DNA of 64,000 bases from Desulfomicrobium sp. (lineage in GTDB: Bacteria; Desulfobacterota; Desulfovibrionia; Desulfovibrionales; Desulfomicrobiaceae): contig JAXGMI010000001.1 of the NCBI GenBank assembly GCA_040768745.1, forward strand, positions 1,408,001-1,472,000, given 5' to 3'. The notes beneath the pieces were generated by a model. The model searched no databases. It was not told where the DNA came from and saw only the letters and a program-made list of their open reading frames with translations. Of this stretch, positions 48,297 through 58,745 are shown piece after piece (within the stretch, counting starts at the first letter, position 1; each line of letters begins with the position of its first letter). Made by a program: the position numbers and the translations under genes.

Positions 48297-49439
48297 TCAG
48301 TACAGGCTGAATCTGGCCAGTCGTCCGTCCAGGCCGCTGTTCTTGAGAGGTTTTTTCCAGTCGGGCTTGAGGCCTATGCTTTTCAGCCAGGTCCGGTCTC
48401 CGAAATAGACGTAGGCAATGGACCCTGGGCAGTGTCGCTTGAGGTGGTCGCCAAAGCGCTTGAACCAGCCGGCCATGTCCTCGCTTCTCCCGAGGCGGAG
48501 GCCGTAGGGCGGATTGCAGACGATGGTTGTCCCGGCTAGGTCCTGGCGGGTGAAGAAGTCCTTGCGTCCGACCACAACCTCGTCACCTCCAGGAAGGCGG
48601 GAGAGGTTGGCCCGCGTGGCCTCCACAGCCGCCGGGTCAATGTCGCTCCCGCGCAGGTCTGCAGCGAATCCGTCCACGAGGTCGCCCCTGGCCGCGGCGT
48701 CGCGCTCCAGGTCCCACAGCGCGGGCTGGAAATCGGGCATCCGCATGAAGCCGAAGGCGGTGCGCAAGAGGCCTGCCGGCAGGTTCGCGGCGTGCATGAG
48801 CGCTTCGCAGAGGATTGTGCCGGACCCGCACATGGGGTCGATCAGGGGTGAGCCGCCGTCCCAGCCGCTCATGCGGATGACGGCCGCGGCCACGGCTTCG
48901 TTCATGGGCGCTTCCACACTCTGCACGCGGTAGCCGCGGCGGTGCAGGGAGCCGCCGGAGACGTCGAGGCTGATGGTGGCCATATTCTCGTGGACGTGCA
49001 GGTGCAGCCAGAGGTCCGGCTCGCGAGGGTCCACGCTAGGCCGGCGGCCGGTGCGGTCGCGGAACCAGTCGACTACGGCGTCCTTGAGCTTGAGGCCCGC
49101 ATACTGGGAATGGGTGATGCGGCTTTTGGACACGTTGGCAAAGACAGCAAGGGTCTGGTCGGGGTTCAGGAAATCCGACCAGCGCAGGTCCCGGGCAGCA
49201 GTGTAGATGGCCTGCTCGTCAGGGCAGGCGAAGCGGGCCAGGGGGGCCAGGATCCGCGTGGACAGCCGCGAACGGTAGACGATGCGGTAGAGTGCGCGGT
49301 GGTCCGCCTTGAAGTGCACGAAGCGGAAACCAGGGGCGCAGTCCGTGGCTCCCAATTGGGCCAGTTCGTCCCGGGCCAGATCCTCAATGCCGTCGGCCAC
49401 CTGGGCCGTGAAGAGGTGGTTCTGCTGGTAGTTGTACAT
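48297..49439 (-). CDS. THUMP-domain RNA methyltransferase (RlmL-like)
   Basis: GSLHRRGYR, DPMCGSGT, CNPPYG. Confidence 0.9.
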   Translation of the reverse strand: MYNYQQNHLFTAQVADGIEDLARDELAQLGATDCAPGFRFVHFKADHRALYRIVYRSRLSTRILAPLARFACPDEQAIYTAARDLRWSDFLNPDQTLAVFANVSKSRITHSQYAGLKLKDAVVDWFRDRTGRRPSVDPREPDLWLHLHVHENMATISLDVSGGSLHRRGYRVQSVEAPMNEAVAAAVIRMSGWDGGSPLIDPMCGSGTILCEALMHAANLPAGLLRTAFGFMRMPDFQPALWDLERDAAARGDLVDGFAADLRGSDIDPAAVEATRANLSRLPGGDEVVVGRKDFFTRQDLAGTTIVCNPPYGLRLGRSEDMAGWFKRFGDHLKRHCPGSIAYVYFGDRTWLKSIGLKPDWKKPLKNSGLDGRLARFSLY

Positions 49440-49518
49440 GGGATGGACCTTGTGGACAGGATGGACGGTGTGGACACGCCCTAAAGAGAATGCAAAGGCC
49501 CGGTTTCCCGGGCCGCAA

Positions 49519-50913
49519 TTACAGAGTCAGGGCCTTTTGAAAGCGGGCCAGGGTGCGCTCTCGTCCCAGGACTTCCATGGTTTCGAAAAGGCCTGGGCTG
49601 GTGGTCGAGCCGGTGATGGCCACGCGGATGGGCTGGGCTAAGGCCTTGAACTTGAGTCCCGTTTCCTCCAGATAGGCCGCGGCCATGTCCTCCAGGGACT
49701 TGTGGTCGAAAGCGGTCAGGGCTTCCATGCGGGAGGCCATGACGGCCAGGTGTCCGCGGATCTCCGGCGTCAGGAGTTTGGCCACGGCCGCCCCGTCGTA
49801 GGGCAGGGTGTCGGCCGTGTGGAAGAAAAAGGCCGCCTGTTCGGCCATTTCCTTCAAGGTTTTGGCCCGTGTCTGATACAGGGGTACGATGGCCTCCAGA
49901 TAGGGTTGTTCCGGCGCAATGCCGGAAGTTTCCTGAAGCAGGTCCCCAAGCAGGCGGGCCAGCCGCGCCACCTCCCCGGTCTTGATGAAATGGCTGTTGG
50001 TCCAGTTCAGCTTGTCCATGTCGAAGACCGAGGCCGATTTGCCAAGGCCTTCGAGGGAGAATTTCTGCAGCAGTTCGGCCATGGTGAAGAGTTCATCGTC
50101 GCCGTGGGACCAGCCCAGGCGGACCAGATAGCTGAGCATGGCCTCCGGCAGGTAGCCGAGCTCCCTGTACGTCATGACCGAGGTCGCGCCATGGCGCTTG
50201 CTCATCTTTTTCTTGTCAGGTCCCAGAATCATGGGCACGTGGCCGAATTTGGGCAGGGGGAAGCCCATGGCCTCGTACAGGAGGATCTGCTTGGGCGTGT
50301 TGTTCTGATGGTCGTCGCCCCGGATGACATGGGTCACGCCCATCTCGGCGTCGTCCACGACCACGGCCATCTGGTAGATGGCCGAGCCGTCGGCGCGGCG
50401 GATGACGAAGTCGTCCATTTCCTGCACGTCCCAGGCGATGGGGCCCTTGATGATGTCGTCAAAAACCACTTTGCCCGTCAGCGGGGTCTTGAAGCGGACC
50501 ACACGGCCCGGGCCGGGCCCGAGATCCTGCTCGCGGCATTTCCCGTTGTATTTGGGCTTGAGGCCGGCGGCGCGGGCCGTCTCGCGCATCTCGTCCACTT
50601 CCTCGGGCGTGCAGGAGCAGTAGTAGGCCGCGCCTGTCTCCAGGAGCTTGTCCACGTAACGGTTATAGAGATCTCCGCGCTGGCTCTGGAAATACGGGCC
50701 TTCGTCGAAATCAAGGCCCAGCCAGTGCATGGCGTCGATGATGGCGTCTGTCATTTCCTGGGTCGAGCGGGCCTGATCCGTGTCCTCGATGCGCAGGATG
50801 AATTTGCCGTCGTTCTGGCGGGCGTAGAGATAATTGAAGAGCGCGGTGCGGGCGCCTCCGATATGCAGATACCCGGTGGGGCTGGGGGGGAAACGGGTCA
50901 CGATTTGGGTCAT
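49519..50913 (-). CDS. gltX: Glutamate--tRNA ligase
   Basis: RFPPSPTGYLHIGG, KMSKRHGA. Confidence 0.97.
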   Translation of the reverse strand: MTQIVTRFPPSPTGYLHIGGARTALFNYLYARQNDGKFILRIEDTDQARSTQEMTDAIIDAMHWLGLDFDEGPYFQSQRGDLYNRYVDKLLETGAAYYCSCTPEEVDEMRETARAAGLKPKYNGKCREQDLGPGPGRVVRFKTPLTGKVVFDDIIKGPIAWDVQEMDDFVIRRADGSAIYQMAVVVDDAEMGVTHVIRGDDHQNNTPKQILLYEAMGFPLPKFGHVPMILGPDKKKMSKRHGATSVMTYRELGYLPEAMLSYLVRLGWSHGDDELFTMAELLQKFSLEGLGKSASVFDMDKLNWTNSHFIKTGEVARLARLLGDLLQETSGIAPEQPYLEAIVPLYQTRAKTLKEMAEQAAFFFHTADTLPYDGAAVAKLLTPEIRGHLAVMASRMEALTAFDHKSLEDMAAAYLEETGLKFKALAQPIRVAITGSTTSPGLFETMEVLGRERTLARFQKALTL

Positions 50914-51029
50914 GTTGCTCTTCCAAGAATCCGGCGCGCGGCCGGTTGTGCCACGCGACCTGCCGGTGGAGGTCACGCGGGAAAGATGTTGTGGTTCGGG
51001 ACGCCTTCCCGCGGAGCGGGAGCGCGGAC

Positions 51030-51251
51030 CTACACGGCCTCGACGGCCTTGATACCGGGGACCATCTTTTTCACAGCGCGCTCAATGCTGTTTCGGAGCG
51101 TCATCTGGGACATGGGGCAGCCCTTGCAGGCCCCGGTCAGGCGGACTTGCACGATGCCGCTGGGCAGGATGTCGACCAGTTCCACGTAGCCTCCGTCGGC
51201 CTGGAGGATGGGCCGCACGGTGTCGAGGGCTTTTTCGACCTGTACTCGCAT
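51030..51251 (-). CDS. NifU C-terminal-domain protein
   Basis: RPILQADGG, GACKGCP. Confidence 0.92.
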   Translation of the reverse strand: MRVQVEKALDTVRPILQADGGYVELVDILPSGIVQVRLTGACKGCPMSQMTLRNSIERAVKKMVPGIKAVEAV

Positions 51252-51299
51252 GCGTTCTCCGCGGCCCGCGCCCTATCCGTTGCGCCGGGCCCGTGTCAA

Positions 51300-51653
51300 T
51301 CATTCCTCGAAGAGGAGGCCGGCCAGGAGTTTTTCCGGGTCGCGCCGTTCGGGCACCGTCTCGTGAGGGACCTTCCCGTCGTTCCATTCCTGGGACACGT
51401 AGAGGCCGCAGTAGCAGGCGCCGAATTCGGCCACGTCCGGCTCACGGTATACGCAGGGACAGAAGATGTCCTTGTCCAGATCACGGTTGCCCGATGCCAG
51501 GCGGCATGGGCAGGCCATGTACCCGTAGCGGTCGCGGTTGACCAGCAGGCTTTCCAGGAGGTCCAGTACGAACTCCTTGTCCTTGTTGAAGAAAAATCCT
51601 TTGGATTCCTGCAAAGGGCGCAGTTTTTCGTAGAATTCCTGGGGGGTCATCAT
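51300..51653 (-). CDS. Ferredoxin-thioredoxin reductase catalytic subunit
   Basis: CPC, CPC and CYC motifs. Confidence 0.9.
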   Translation of the reverse strand: MMTPQEFYEKLRPLQESKGFFFNKDKEFVLDLLESLLVNRDRYGYMACPCRLASGNRDLDKDIFCPCVYREPDVAEFGACYCGLYVSQEWNDGKVPHETVPERRDPEKLLAGLLFEE

Positions 51654-51907
51654 CTTCTCTCCAGAGCTTCCTTGATCTGGTCCTGCTTGAAGCCGACAAT
51701 GGCTTCCTCGTCCACCAACAGGGTCGGGAAGGAAAGCTTGGGGTTGACCTTCTTGATGGCCTCGATGATCTGCCTGCGTTCCTCACCTTCGAGCTTGTCA
51801 ACAAAGATGCAGTCGTACTTGGCTCCGCAGTCGTCCAGATATTCCTTGGTCTTCTTGCAGTGGATGCAGGTGCTCAAGGCGTACAGTGTGATGTTTTTTT
51901 CAGGCAT
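51650..51907 (-). CDS. Glutaredoxin-like protein
   Basis: CIHC, SFPT, IVGF. Confidence 0.9.
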   Translation of the reverse strand: MPEKNITLYALSTCIHCKKTKEYLDDCGAKYDCIFVDKLEGEERRQIIEAIKKVNPKLSFPTLLVDEEAIVGFKQDQIKEALERR

Positions 51908-52028
51908 CAATCCTCCTTGCTATGCCCTGGGTGTTGGGATAGCCCTTATCAGTCTGTGAAATTCGGCAAGCTATAAAGATTAATCGATCCGCCGTCCACG
52001 CTCGGATGGGGAATATCGCGAGGAAAAC

Positions 52029-53177
52029 ATGCGCGAACATTTTCTGGTCTTCGGTTCGCCCCGGATCGACGAGGACGAAATTGAGGAAGTTGTCTCCTGC
52101 CTGCGCAGCGGCTGGATAGGCACCGGCCCACGGGTGGCCGAGTTCGAGCGGCGCTTCGCCGCCTACAAAGGGGCAAGCCATGCCGTGGCCGTCAATTCCT
52201 GCACAGCGGCCCTGCACCTGAGCATTCTGGCCGCCGGGATCGGCCCCGGCGACGAGGTCATCACCACCCCCCTGACCTTCTGCGCCTCGGTCAACGCCAT
52301 CATCCACGCCGGCGCCACCCCGGTCCTGGCCGATGTCGACCCGCGCAGCATGAACATCGACCCCGAGTGCGTGAAGGCCAGGATCACTCGGCGCACCAAG
52401 GCCATCCTGCCGGTGCACTTCGCGGGCCGGGCCTGCGATATGGACCCGCTCTGCGCCCTGGCGGACGCGCACGGTTTGACTGTTGTCGAGGACTGCGCCC
52501 ACGCCATCGAGACCGAGTACCACGGCCGCAAGGCCGGCTGCTTCGGAGACTTCGGCTGCTTCAGTTTCTATGTGACCAAAAACATCATCACTGGCGAGGG
52601 CGGCCTCATCCTGGCCCGCAAACCGGAGCACGCGGCCCGGCTCAAGGTGCTGGCTCTGCATGGCATGTCCAGTGATGCCTGGAAACGATTCGGCGACGAG
52701 GGCTACAAGCACTACCTAGTGACCGAAGCCGGCTTCAAATACAACATGATGGATCTGCAGGCCTCTCTGGGCCTGCGTCAACTCGAAAAAGTCGAGCGTT
52801 ACTGGCTCCGGCGGCAGGAGATCTGGGCGCGCTACATGACCGAACTGGCCGACCTGCCCCTGACCCTGCCAGCGCCTGTGGAAGCGGACACCCGCCACGC
52901 CTACCACCTTTTTTCCGTGTTCGTGGACGGGAAGCGGGCCGGCATCACCCGCGACGCCTTCCTGACGGCCATGACCGGGCACAAGATCGGGGTCGGCGTG
53001 CACTATCTCTCCCTTCCCGAGCATCCGCACTACCAGGAGCGCTTCGGCTGGACGCCGGACGAGTGGCCCAACGCGCGTGACATCGGCCGGCAGACCGTAA
53101 GCCTGCCCATTTCGGCCAAGCTCACGGACGAGGATGTGGGCGACGTCATCGCAGCCGTGCGGCACATCCTGACCTGA
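52029..53177 (+). CDS. DegT/DnrJ/EryC1/StrS aminotransferase
   Basis: NSCTAALH, EDCAHA, SFYVTKNIITGEGG. Confidence 0.93.
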   Translation: MREHFLVFGSPRIDEDEIEEVVSCLRSGWIGTGPRVAEFERRFAAYKGASHAVAVNSCTAALHLSILAAGIGPGDEVITTPLTFCASVNAIIHAGATPVLADVDPRSMNIDPECVKARITRRTKAILPVHFAGRACDMDPLCALADAHGLTVVEDCAHAIETEYHGRKAGCFGDFGCFSFYVTKNIITGEGGLILARKPEHAARLKVLALHGMSSDAWKRFGDEGYKHYLVTEAGFKYNMMDLQASLGLRQLEKVERYWLRRQEIWARYMTELADLPLTLPAPVEADTRHAYHLFSVFVDGKRAGITRDAFLTAMTGHKIGVGVHYLSLPEHPHYQERFGWTPDEWPNARDIGRQTVSLPISAKLTDEDVGDVIAAVRHILT

Positions 53178-53200
53178 ACCCATCGTCAAGTACAAGAAAC

Positions 53201-53222
53201 GCCGGCCGGTCCGGCTTTTTTT
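53201..53222 (+). terminator. Terminator
   Basis: GCCGG-CCGGT-CCGGC-TTTTTTT. Confidence 0.65.
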
Positions 53223-53231
53223 GCATCCTCG

Positions 53232-54119
53232 TCACGTTGGGTTGCGTAGCAGGCGGCCGAAGCGCCAGCGCTCGTAGCAGAACGCGAGAACGGCGGCCCA
53301 GACCAGACCGAAGCCCGTGATCTGTGGGCCGGCGAAGGGTTCACCGTAAACCAAGACCCCGAGCAGGAACTGGATACTCGGCGCGATGTATTGCAGGAAG
53401 CCGATCATGGACAGCGGGATGCGGTGGGCGGCGGCCGCGAACATGACCAGAGGCGCCGTGGTGACCACACCAGAGCAGAGCAGCAGGGCATCCGAGAGTG
53501 TTCCGGCGTGCAGGAACACTCCGTGGCCACCCGTCTCGCTCCAGACCAGCCAGCCCAAGGCGGGCAGAAGCAGGAGGGCGGTCTCCAGGGTCAGACCCTC
53601 GAACGCGCCCAGGGGGGCCTTTTTTTTGACCAGGCCGTAAAGGCTGAAGGTCGAGGACAGGGCCAGGGCAATCCAGGGCGGCCGCCCGTACTCGATGGTC
53701 AGGTAGGCGACCCCGGCAGCGGCCAGCCCCAGGGGGATCCACTGCAGGGTGCGCAGCCGCTCACGCAGGATGAAGACCCCGAGCAGGACCGAAAACAGCG
53801 GGGTCATGAAATAGCCCAGGCTTGCCTCGATGATGAAGCCGGAATTGACGCTCCAGACGTAGATGAACCAGTTCACGCCCATGAGCGCACTGGCCAGGAA
53901 GGAGCTGTTCCAGACCGCCGGGGTCAGGCTGCGCCGCATGCTGCCCAGCTTCCGGGTCAGCCCCAGGAACAGGGCCAGGCTGACAAAGGACCATACAATG
54001 CGGTGGCACAGAAGCTGGCTGGCCGGCACATGGCTCAGCAGCTTCCAGTAGACGGGCAGCAGCCCCCAGCTGACGTAGGCGCCGATGGCCATCAGGATTC
54101 CTGGACTCATATCGTTCAT
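53232..54119 (-). CDS. rarD: EamA-family transporter RarD
   Basis: WGLLPVYWK, HRIVWS, ASLGYF, QYIAPS. Confidence 0.92.
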   Translation of the reverse strand: MNDMSPGILMAIGAYVSWGLLPVYWKLLSHVPASQLLCHRIVWSFVSLALFLGLTRKLGSMRRSLTPAVWNSSFLASALMGVNWFIYVWSVNSGFIIEASLGYFMTPLFSVLLGVFILRERLRTLQWIPLGLAAAGVAYLTIEYGRPPWIALALSSTFSLYGLVKKKAPLGAFEGLTLETALLLLPALGWLVWSETGGHGVFLHAGTLSDALLLCSGVVTTAPLVMFAAAAHRIPLSMIGFLQYIAPSIQFLLGVLVYGEPFAGPQITGFGLVWAAVLAFCYERWRFGRLLRNPT

Positions 54120-54170
54120 TCCGACGCGCGTGGCGTGGTGATGGCGCTTTGGGCCGGGTTGGCCGCGTCC

Positions 54171-54932
54171 CTAGCGCCGGTTCAGATAATCGGGTCCGAG
54201 CTGTCGCATCTGGCTCAGGACCCAGTTGGCCCTCTGCATGACGTAGGGGGACGGTCTCTGGGCCGAAAGTCGTCGGGGATTGGGCAGTACGGAGACCAGG
54301 ATGGCCGCCTCGTGGCGGCTCAGCCTGTCCGGTGTTTTTCCAAAGAACCGTCCTGCCGCAGCCCCCACGCCATAGGTGCCGTCTCCGAATTCCGCGATGT
54401 TCAGATAGACCTCCAGGATCCGCTCTTTGGGCCAGAGCAGTTCGAGGAGGACGGTCAGGCCCGCCTCCAGCCCTTTGCGAACCCAGCTGCGTCCGGGCCA
54501 GAGAAAAAGGTTTTTGGCTGTTTGCTGGGAGATGGTGCTCGCTCCCCTGATCCGCCCTCTTTTTTCGTTGTGCTCCACCGCGCGGGCGATGGCGTCCAGG
54601 TCGAACCCGAAATGGCGTGGGAAGCTCTGGTCCTCGGCCGCCACGGCGGCCAGGGCCATGTGCCCGGGGATGGAGCGCATGGGAACCCAGTCGTAGCGGA
54701 TTGGCGGACTTGGCTTGGTTTCAGTGAGCCGTTCCACATGGCGAAGAAGCATGAACATGGTGCTTGGCGGGGGCAGCCAGCGCAGAACCAGAATCTGCAA
54801 CACCACAGCCAGCAGGCATCCACTCAGGATGCGAAGAATGTGGCGCCGCGGAGAGACCCTGGCGGTGTTCTGCGTGCGGCTCATGAAATGTCTTCGGCGG
54901 CCGGCCTTGGGTGTGGTTGTCTTGCGTGCCAT
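54171..54932 (-). CDS. mtgA: Monofunctional peptidoglycan transglycosylase (start uncertain)
   Basis: [32 protein letters not shown]. Confidence 0.92.
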   Translation of the reverse strand: MARKTTTPKAGRRRHFMSRTQNTARVSPRRHILRILSGCLLAVVLQILVLRWLPPPSTMFMLLRHVERLTETKPSPPIRYDWVPMRSIPGHMALAAVAAEDQSFPRHFGFDLDAIARAVEHNEKRGRIRGASTISQQTAKNLFLWPGRSWVRKGLEAGLTVLLELLWPKERILEVYLNIAEFGDGTYGVGAAAGRFFGKTPDRLSRHEAAILVSVLPNPRRLSAQRPSPYVMQRANWVLSQMRQLGPDYLNRR

Positions 54933-55043
54933 GTTCGGGCTAGTGGTCAGCACAGCGGGCAATGCGCCCGGCCATCGCTTGTGCGCCTGGGTCATGCCAA
55001 AGTCAATCCGCGCCAAGGACCCGCAACCAAGGACGAAACACCC

Positions 55044-55649
55044 ATGAATCTCCTCAGTAACGAAACCCTGACCACCATCCACGCCCGGCACAGCATCCGC
55101 CAGTTCGCACCAGAGGGGCTGTCCGAGGAGATGGTCATGACCTTGCTCGACGCAGCCAACCAGGCCCCGTCGGCCCACAATCGTCAGTCCTGGAAGTTTG
55201 TCATCCTGGAAGGTGACGTCAGGGGCGATCTGGCCGAATTGGTTTCCGGTGCGTCCAAGCAGTTCCAGAAGCCGGCCTCGACTCTCCTGCGCATGGCCGG
55301 CCGCAGCATCGCTTCCGCCCCAGTGACCATTGCCGTGGTCAATACCGGGGATCTCATCAGCCATGGCACGGAACTCTTCCAGGTCGACAAGGATCAGGCT
55401 TTCGATTTCTTCCGCACCATGGAGATCCAGAGCTCGGCCGCAGCCGTCGAGAACCTGCTCCTGGCCGCCACGTCCCTGGGCCTGGGCGCGGTCTGGCTCG
55501 GCATCCTCTATCTCATCAAGGAGCAGATCCTGGACTTCCTGCAGGAACCACAGGGTGAGTTCATGGCCGTCATTCCGGTCGGCCATCCTGCCCGGCCGAC
55601 CCAGGGGCCCAACAAGAAGCCGGTGCAGAACGTGGTCAAGAGGCTCTAG
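55044..55649 (+). CDS. Nitroreductase family protein
   Basis: [30 protein letters not shown]. Confidence 0.9.
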   Translation: MNLLSNETLTTIHARHSIRQFAPEGLSEEMVMTLLDAANQAPSAHNRQSWKFVILEGDVRGDLAELVSGASKQFQKPASTLLRMAGRSIASAPVTIAVVNTGDLISHGTELFQVDKDQAFDFFRTMEIQSSAAAVENLLLAATSLGLGAVWLGILYLIKEQILDFLQEPQGEFMAVIPVGHPARPTQGPNKKPVQNVVKRL

Positions 55650-55671
55650 GTGGGCAGGGCCTGCGGGAGAG

Positions 55672-56427
55672 TTATTTTTTCCGGGTCAGCTCTACGAGGC
55701 GGATGTACTTGTGGAAGGCGTAGAAGAATGAGTTGACCGCCAGCACCAGTCCGGCCTTGCCGTCCAGAAACCCCCTGCGCAGCACATAGATCTTCAGGAA
55801 TCTGGCCAGACCATGGCCCAAGGCCTTGGCCACGCCGGCGTGCTTGCCCGCGGCATGCATCTCCTCCGCGGCGATCTGGGTGTAGTAGTTGATCTTGTCC
55901 ACATGCTGCCGCAGGTTTTCGTAGGGGTAATGGATGATATCCCCGGACAGGCGACGTGTTTTGCCCTTTGTCTCGAACCCGTAGTGCGGCCCGGAGACAT
56001 GCACGCCGGTATCCGCCAGTTTGAAAACCCTGGGCAGCAGATCCGGATACCACCCACTGTGGCGCAGGAATCTGTCGAAATAAAACGACGCTCTGGGGCA
56101 GAGGAAGGCGGAATACGGGCCAGGGTCGTCCAGAGAGGACATGACGCTGGCGCGCAGTTCGTCGGAAAGGATTTCATCCTGGTCCAGGGACACGACCCAG
56201 GTCGTGGAGATGTGCTTGAAGGCGAATTCGAACTGGGCCTTGGGTCCGGGCCAGGGATTGACCAGTACGCGGGCCCCCCGGGCGCGGGCGATATCGGTTG
56301 TGGCGTCGGTGCTGCCGGAATCCACGACCAGGAGTTCCGAGCAGAAGTCCAGGGATCGCAGGCACTGGTCCAGGTGTTTCGCGCCGTTGAGGGTCAGCAC
56401 CAGACCTGTGGCAGGGCGTTTATTCAA
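55672..56427 (-). CDS. Glycosyltransferase family 2 (LPS biosynthesis type)
   Basis: [23 protein letters not shown]. Confidence 0.9.
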   Translation of the reverse strand: MNKRPATGLVLTLNGAKHLDQCLRSLDFCSELLVVDSGSTDATTDIARARGARVLVNPWPGPKAQFEFAFKHISTTWVVSLDQDEILSDELRASVMSSLDDPGPYSAFLCPRASFYFDRFLRHSGWYPDLLPRVFKLADTGVHVSGPHYGFETKGKTRRLSGDIIHYPYENLRQHVDKINYYTQIAAEEMHAAGKHAGVAKALGHGLARFLKIYVLRRGFLDGKAGLVLAVNSFFYAFHKYIRLVELTRKK

Positions 56428-57055
56428 TCCCTTTCTCCTCAAAACCGCGCAGAATGGAGGCAAAGACCTGATCCGGCCCCTGTGCGGCATCCACCACCAG
56501 AAAGCGGCTCCGGTTCAGGGCGGCCCAGGTCAGATACCCTTCCCGGATACGGCCGTGGAACTCCAGGCTTTCGGCCTCGAAACGGCCTTCGGTATTGGCC
56601 TTGTTTTCCTTCAGGTTGCGGGTCAGTGCGCGGCGCAAACCGATTTCCGGAGACAGGTCCAGGAGGATGGTCAGGTCCGGCCACAGGCCTTGCACCGCCA
56701 CGTCGTTGAGCTGATGGAGCAGCTTGGGGTCCAGTCCCCGGCCATATCCCTGGTAGACAACGGTGGAGTCGGCGAAGCGGTCGCAGATCACGGTTCTGCC
56801 GTCCTCCATGGCCGGGCGGATGATGGAGGCCACGTGCTGGGCCCGGTCAGCCAGGTACAGGAAGAGTTCGCTGGCAGGGGCGAGGTCGCTGTTTTCGGGA
56901 TGCAGCAGAATGCGTCGCAGCTCCCTGCCCAGTTTACTGCCGCCGGGCTCCCGGGTGTGCAGGACGTCATGGCCCTGGCGGATGAAGTGTTCCATGAGCT
57001 TGGCGCACTGGGTGGACTTGCCGCACCCCTCGATTCCTTCGAAGGTGATGAACAT
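56420..57055 (-). CDS. tmk: Thymidylate kinase
   Basis: [26 protein letters not shown]. Confidence 0.96.
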   Translation of the reverse strand: MFITFEGIEGCGKSTQCAKLMEHFIRQGHDVLHTREPGGSKLGRELRRILLHPENSDLAPASELFLYLADRAQHVASIIRPAMEDGRTVICDRFADSTVVYQGYGRGLDPKLLHQLNDVAVQGLWPDLTILLDLSPEIGLRRALTRNLKENKANTEGRFEAESLEFHGRIREGYLTWAALNRSRFLVVDAAQGPDQVFASILRGFEEKGIE

Positions 57056-57064
57056 GCGTGCTCC

Positions 57065-58156
57065 TCAGGAGTTCCTGGACGGTTGGTTGATACCCATGGC
57101 CTTCAACAGGGGCGAGGCCCCGGCCTTGGGTGTGTTTTTTCGGGGTGTTCTGATGCTCGGTCCGTCGAAGCTGTCCGCGGGGGTGCGCATGGGCTGGAAT
57201 ACGTAGCGGGACAGGCTGCGCTGGTATTCACTCCACCGACCCGTTTCCAGGTCCTCCTCGCCCTCCGGGGCGGCCAAGGCCGCGCGGATGGTGTTGATCT
57301 TGGCATCCAGGTTGTCGGCGTAGTGCAGGATAAAGGCCTCCACGGTCTTGGGTCGCCGGGGTGAGCCGAATTCCAGCTCGCCGTGATGGGAGATGATCAG
57401 GTGCTTGAGATGCATGACCAGCTCTTTGGGCAGGTCCTTGGCTTTGCGCAGGAACGGCTCCACTTCTTCCAGGCCCATGAGGATATGTCCGATGAGGCGG
57501 CCCTCGTCCGTATACTCGCGGCTCATGCCGTGGGACAGCTCGAAGGCCTTGCCCAGGTCGTGCAGGAGGGCGGCCACGAGCAGGATCTCCTTGTCCACGC
57601 CGGGGTAGAGTTCCGCCAGGGCTTTGCATATGCGCATGATGCCCAGGGTGTGCTCCAGGAGGCCTCCGGCATAGGCGTGGTGGATGGCCTTGGCTCCCGG
57701 CGCGCTCAAGAGCGCATCGCGGATGCGCTTGTCCCCGAGCACATTCTTGCACAGTGCCGCCCAGGGTCTGAAGGTCAGCTCAGCCGCAAGAAACGCCTCA
57801 ACCTCGTGCAGCAATTCCTGCGGAGGAATGGTCGATGAAGGAAGGAAGTCGGCCATGTTCAGACCGGCTTCCACTGGGTCGATCACCTGCATGTCGGTGA
57901 TGTTCATCTGCAGCTGATCCTTGAAGGAGGAGACCTGGCCGCTCACGGCCACGAACTGTTCGGGCTTGAGGTTGTCGAACTGCTGGCTTTGGGGGAACCA
58001 GATGCGGGCTTCGATGCTGCCCGTGCGATCCGTGAGGGACAACTGCCAGTAGGGGCCGTTTTTGGCCTCCTTGCGCTGGGTCTGGGACAGGGCGAAGACG
58101 TCCGAAATGCTTTGGCCTTCGGCGAAGTCCCGGACATAGTTTTTTTTGTTTCTCAT
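57065..58156 (-). CDS. OB-fold/HD 3'-5' exoribonuclease, YhaM family
   Basis: DRTGSIEARIW, HHAYAGGLLEH, LHDLGK, SHHG..EFGSP. Confidence 0.9.
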   Translation of the reverse strand: MRNKKNYVRDFAEGQSISDVFALSQTQRKEAKNGPYWQLSLTDRTGSIEARIWFPQSQQFDNLKPEQFVAVSGQVSSFKDQLQMNITDMQVIDPVEAGLNMADFLPSSTIPPQELLHEVEAFLAAELTFRPWAALCKNVLGDKRIRDALLSAPGAKAIHHAYAGGLLEHTLGIMRICKALAELYPGVDKEILLVAALLHDLGKAFELSHGMSREYTDEGRLIGHILMGLEEVEPFLRKAKDLPKELVMHLKHLIISHHGELEFGSPRRPKTVEAFILHYADNLDAKINTIRAALAAPEGEEDLETGRWSEYQRSLSRYVFQPMRTPADSFDGPSIRTPRKNTPKAGASPLLKAMGINQPSRNS

Positions 58157-58400
58157 CGAGTTGCTATTCCTGCATGCATGAGGTAATGGCGCAAACCTGG
58201 GCGAATTCAATATTTTTCAAAATAATTGGGGAGTTGTACAGGTTTTTTGAAAAATTTTGGCACGCCTTTCCCAATCCGTCTACAGACAAGTTTTTGACTT
58301 TGGCAAGGGGGCGGTCTGGCTTGCCTGCCGCACACGGACTCGTGGCGTGTTCCCGTAAATCCTTTCAATCCCAATCATCAAGTCGAAATGCCGAGCGGTT

Positions 58401-58745
58401 ATGTCCAAGAAAAAAGGTCAAGCAAAGGTGACGATTTATCAGGACTGGTGCAAGGGCTGCGGGATTTGTGCCGCGTTCTGTCCTGCAGGGGTATTCGCGA
58501 TGCGGTCGGACGGCAAATCCCACGTGGTCCGCGAGTCCGAATGCGTGAACTGCGGCTTTTGCGAACTGCACTGCCCGGACTTTGCCGTGTCCGTGACCCC
58601 CAGGGAGACGAGCCGGAGAAAGACGGACGGCCTGTTCGATCCACGCGCCGAAGTCCCTGAATCCCCGTGCAGCAGTGATCCGGGTCCGGAGGAACATGTA
58701 GGAACACCTAACCGGGAAGAGGACCATGGTCATAAAAAAGCGTAA
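58401..58745 (+). CDS. 2x[4Fe-4S] ferredoxin subunit of a 2-oxoacid oxidoreductase
   Basis: CKGCGICAAFCP, CVNCGFCELHCP. Confidence 0.88.
   Translation: MSKKKGQAKVTIYQDWCKGCGICAAFCPAGVFAMRSDGKSHVVRESECVNCGFCELHCPDFAVSVTPRETSRRKTDGLFDPRAEVPESPCSSDPGPEEHVGTPNREEDHGHKKA

Noticed and set aside
49702..51189. Long antisense ORFs (also 3493-4809, 25076-26395, 35319-36833, 43363-44913)
   Set aside because: Shadow frames opposite well-identified genes, expected with high-GC codon bias.
53391..55649. 752-aa and 471-aa apparent fusion ORFs around rarD, mtgA and the nitroreductase
   Set aside because: Upstream extensions are antisense to real genes; the true CDSs start near 55044 (+) and 54932 (-).
58258..58275. 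Sigma-54 promoter upstream of the 2-oxoacid oxidoreductase operon
   Set aside because: TGGCACG is present but the -12 element reads TCCC, lacking the required GC.
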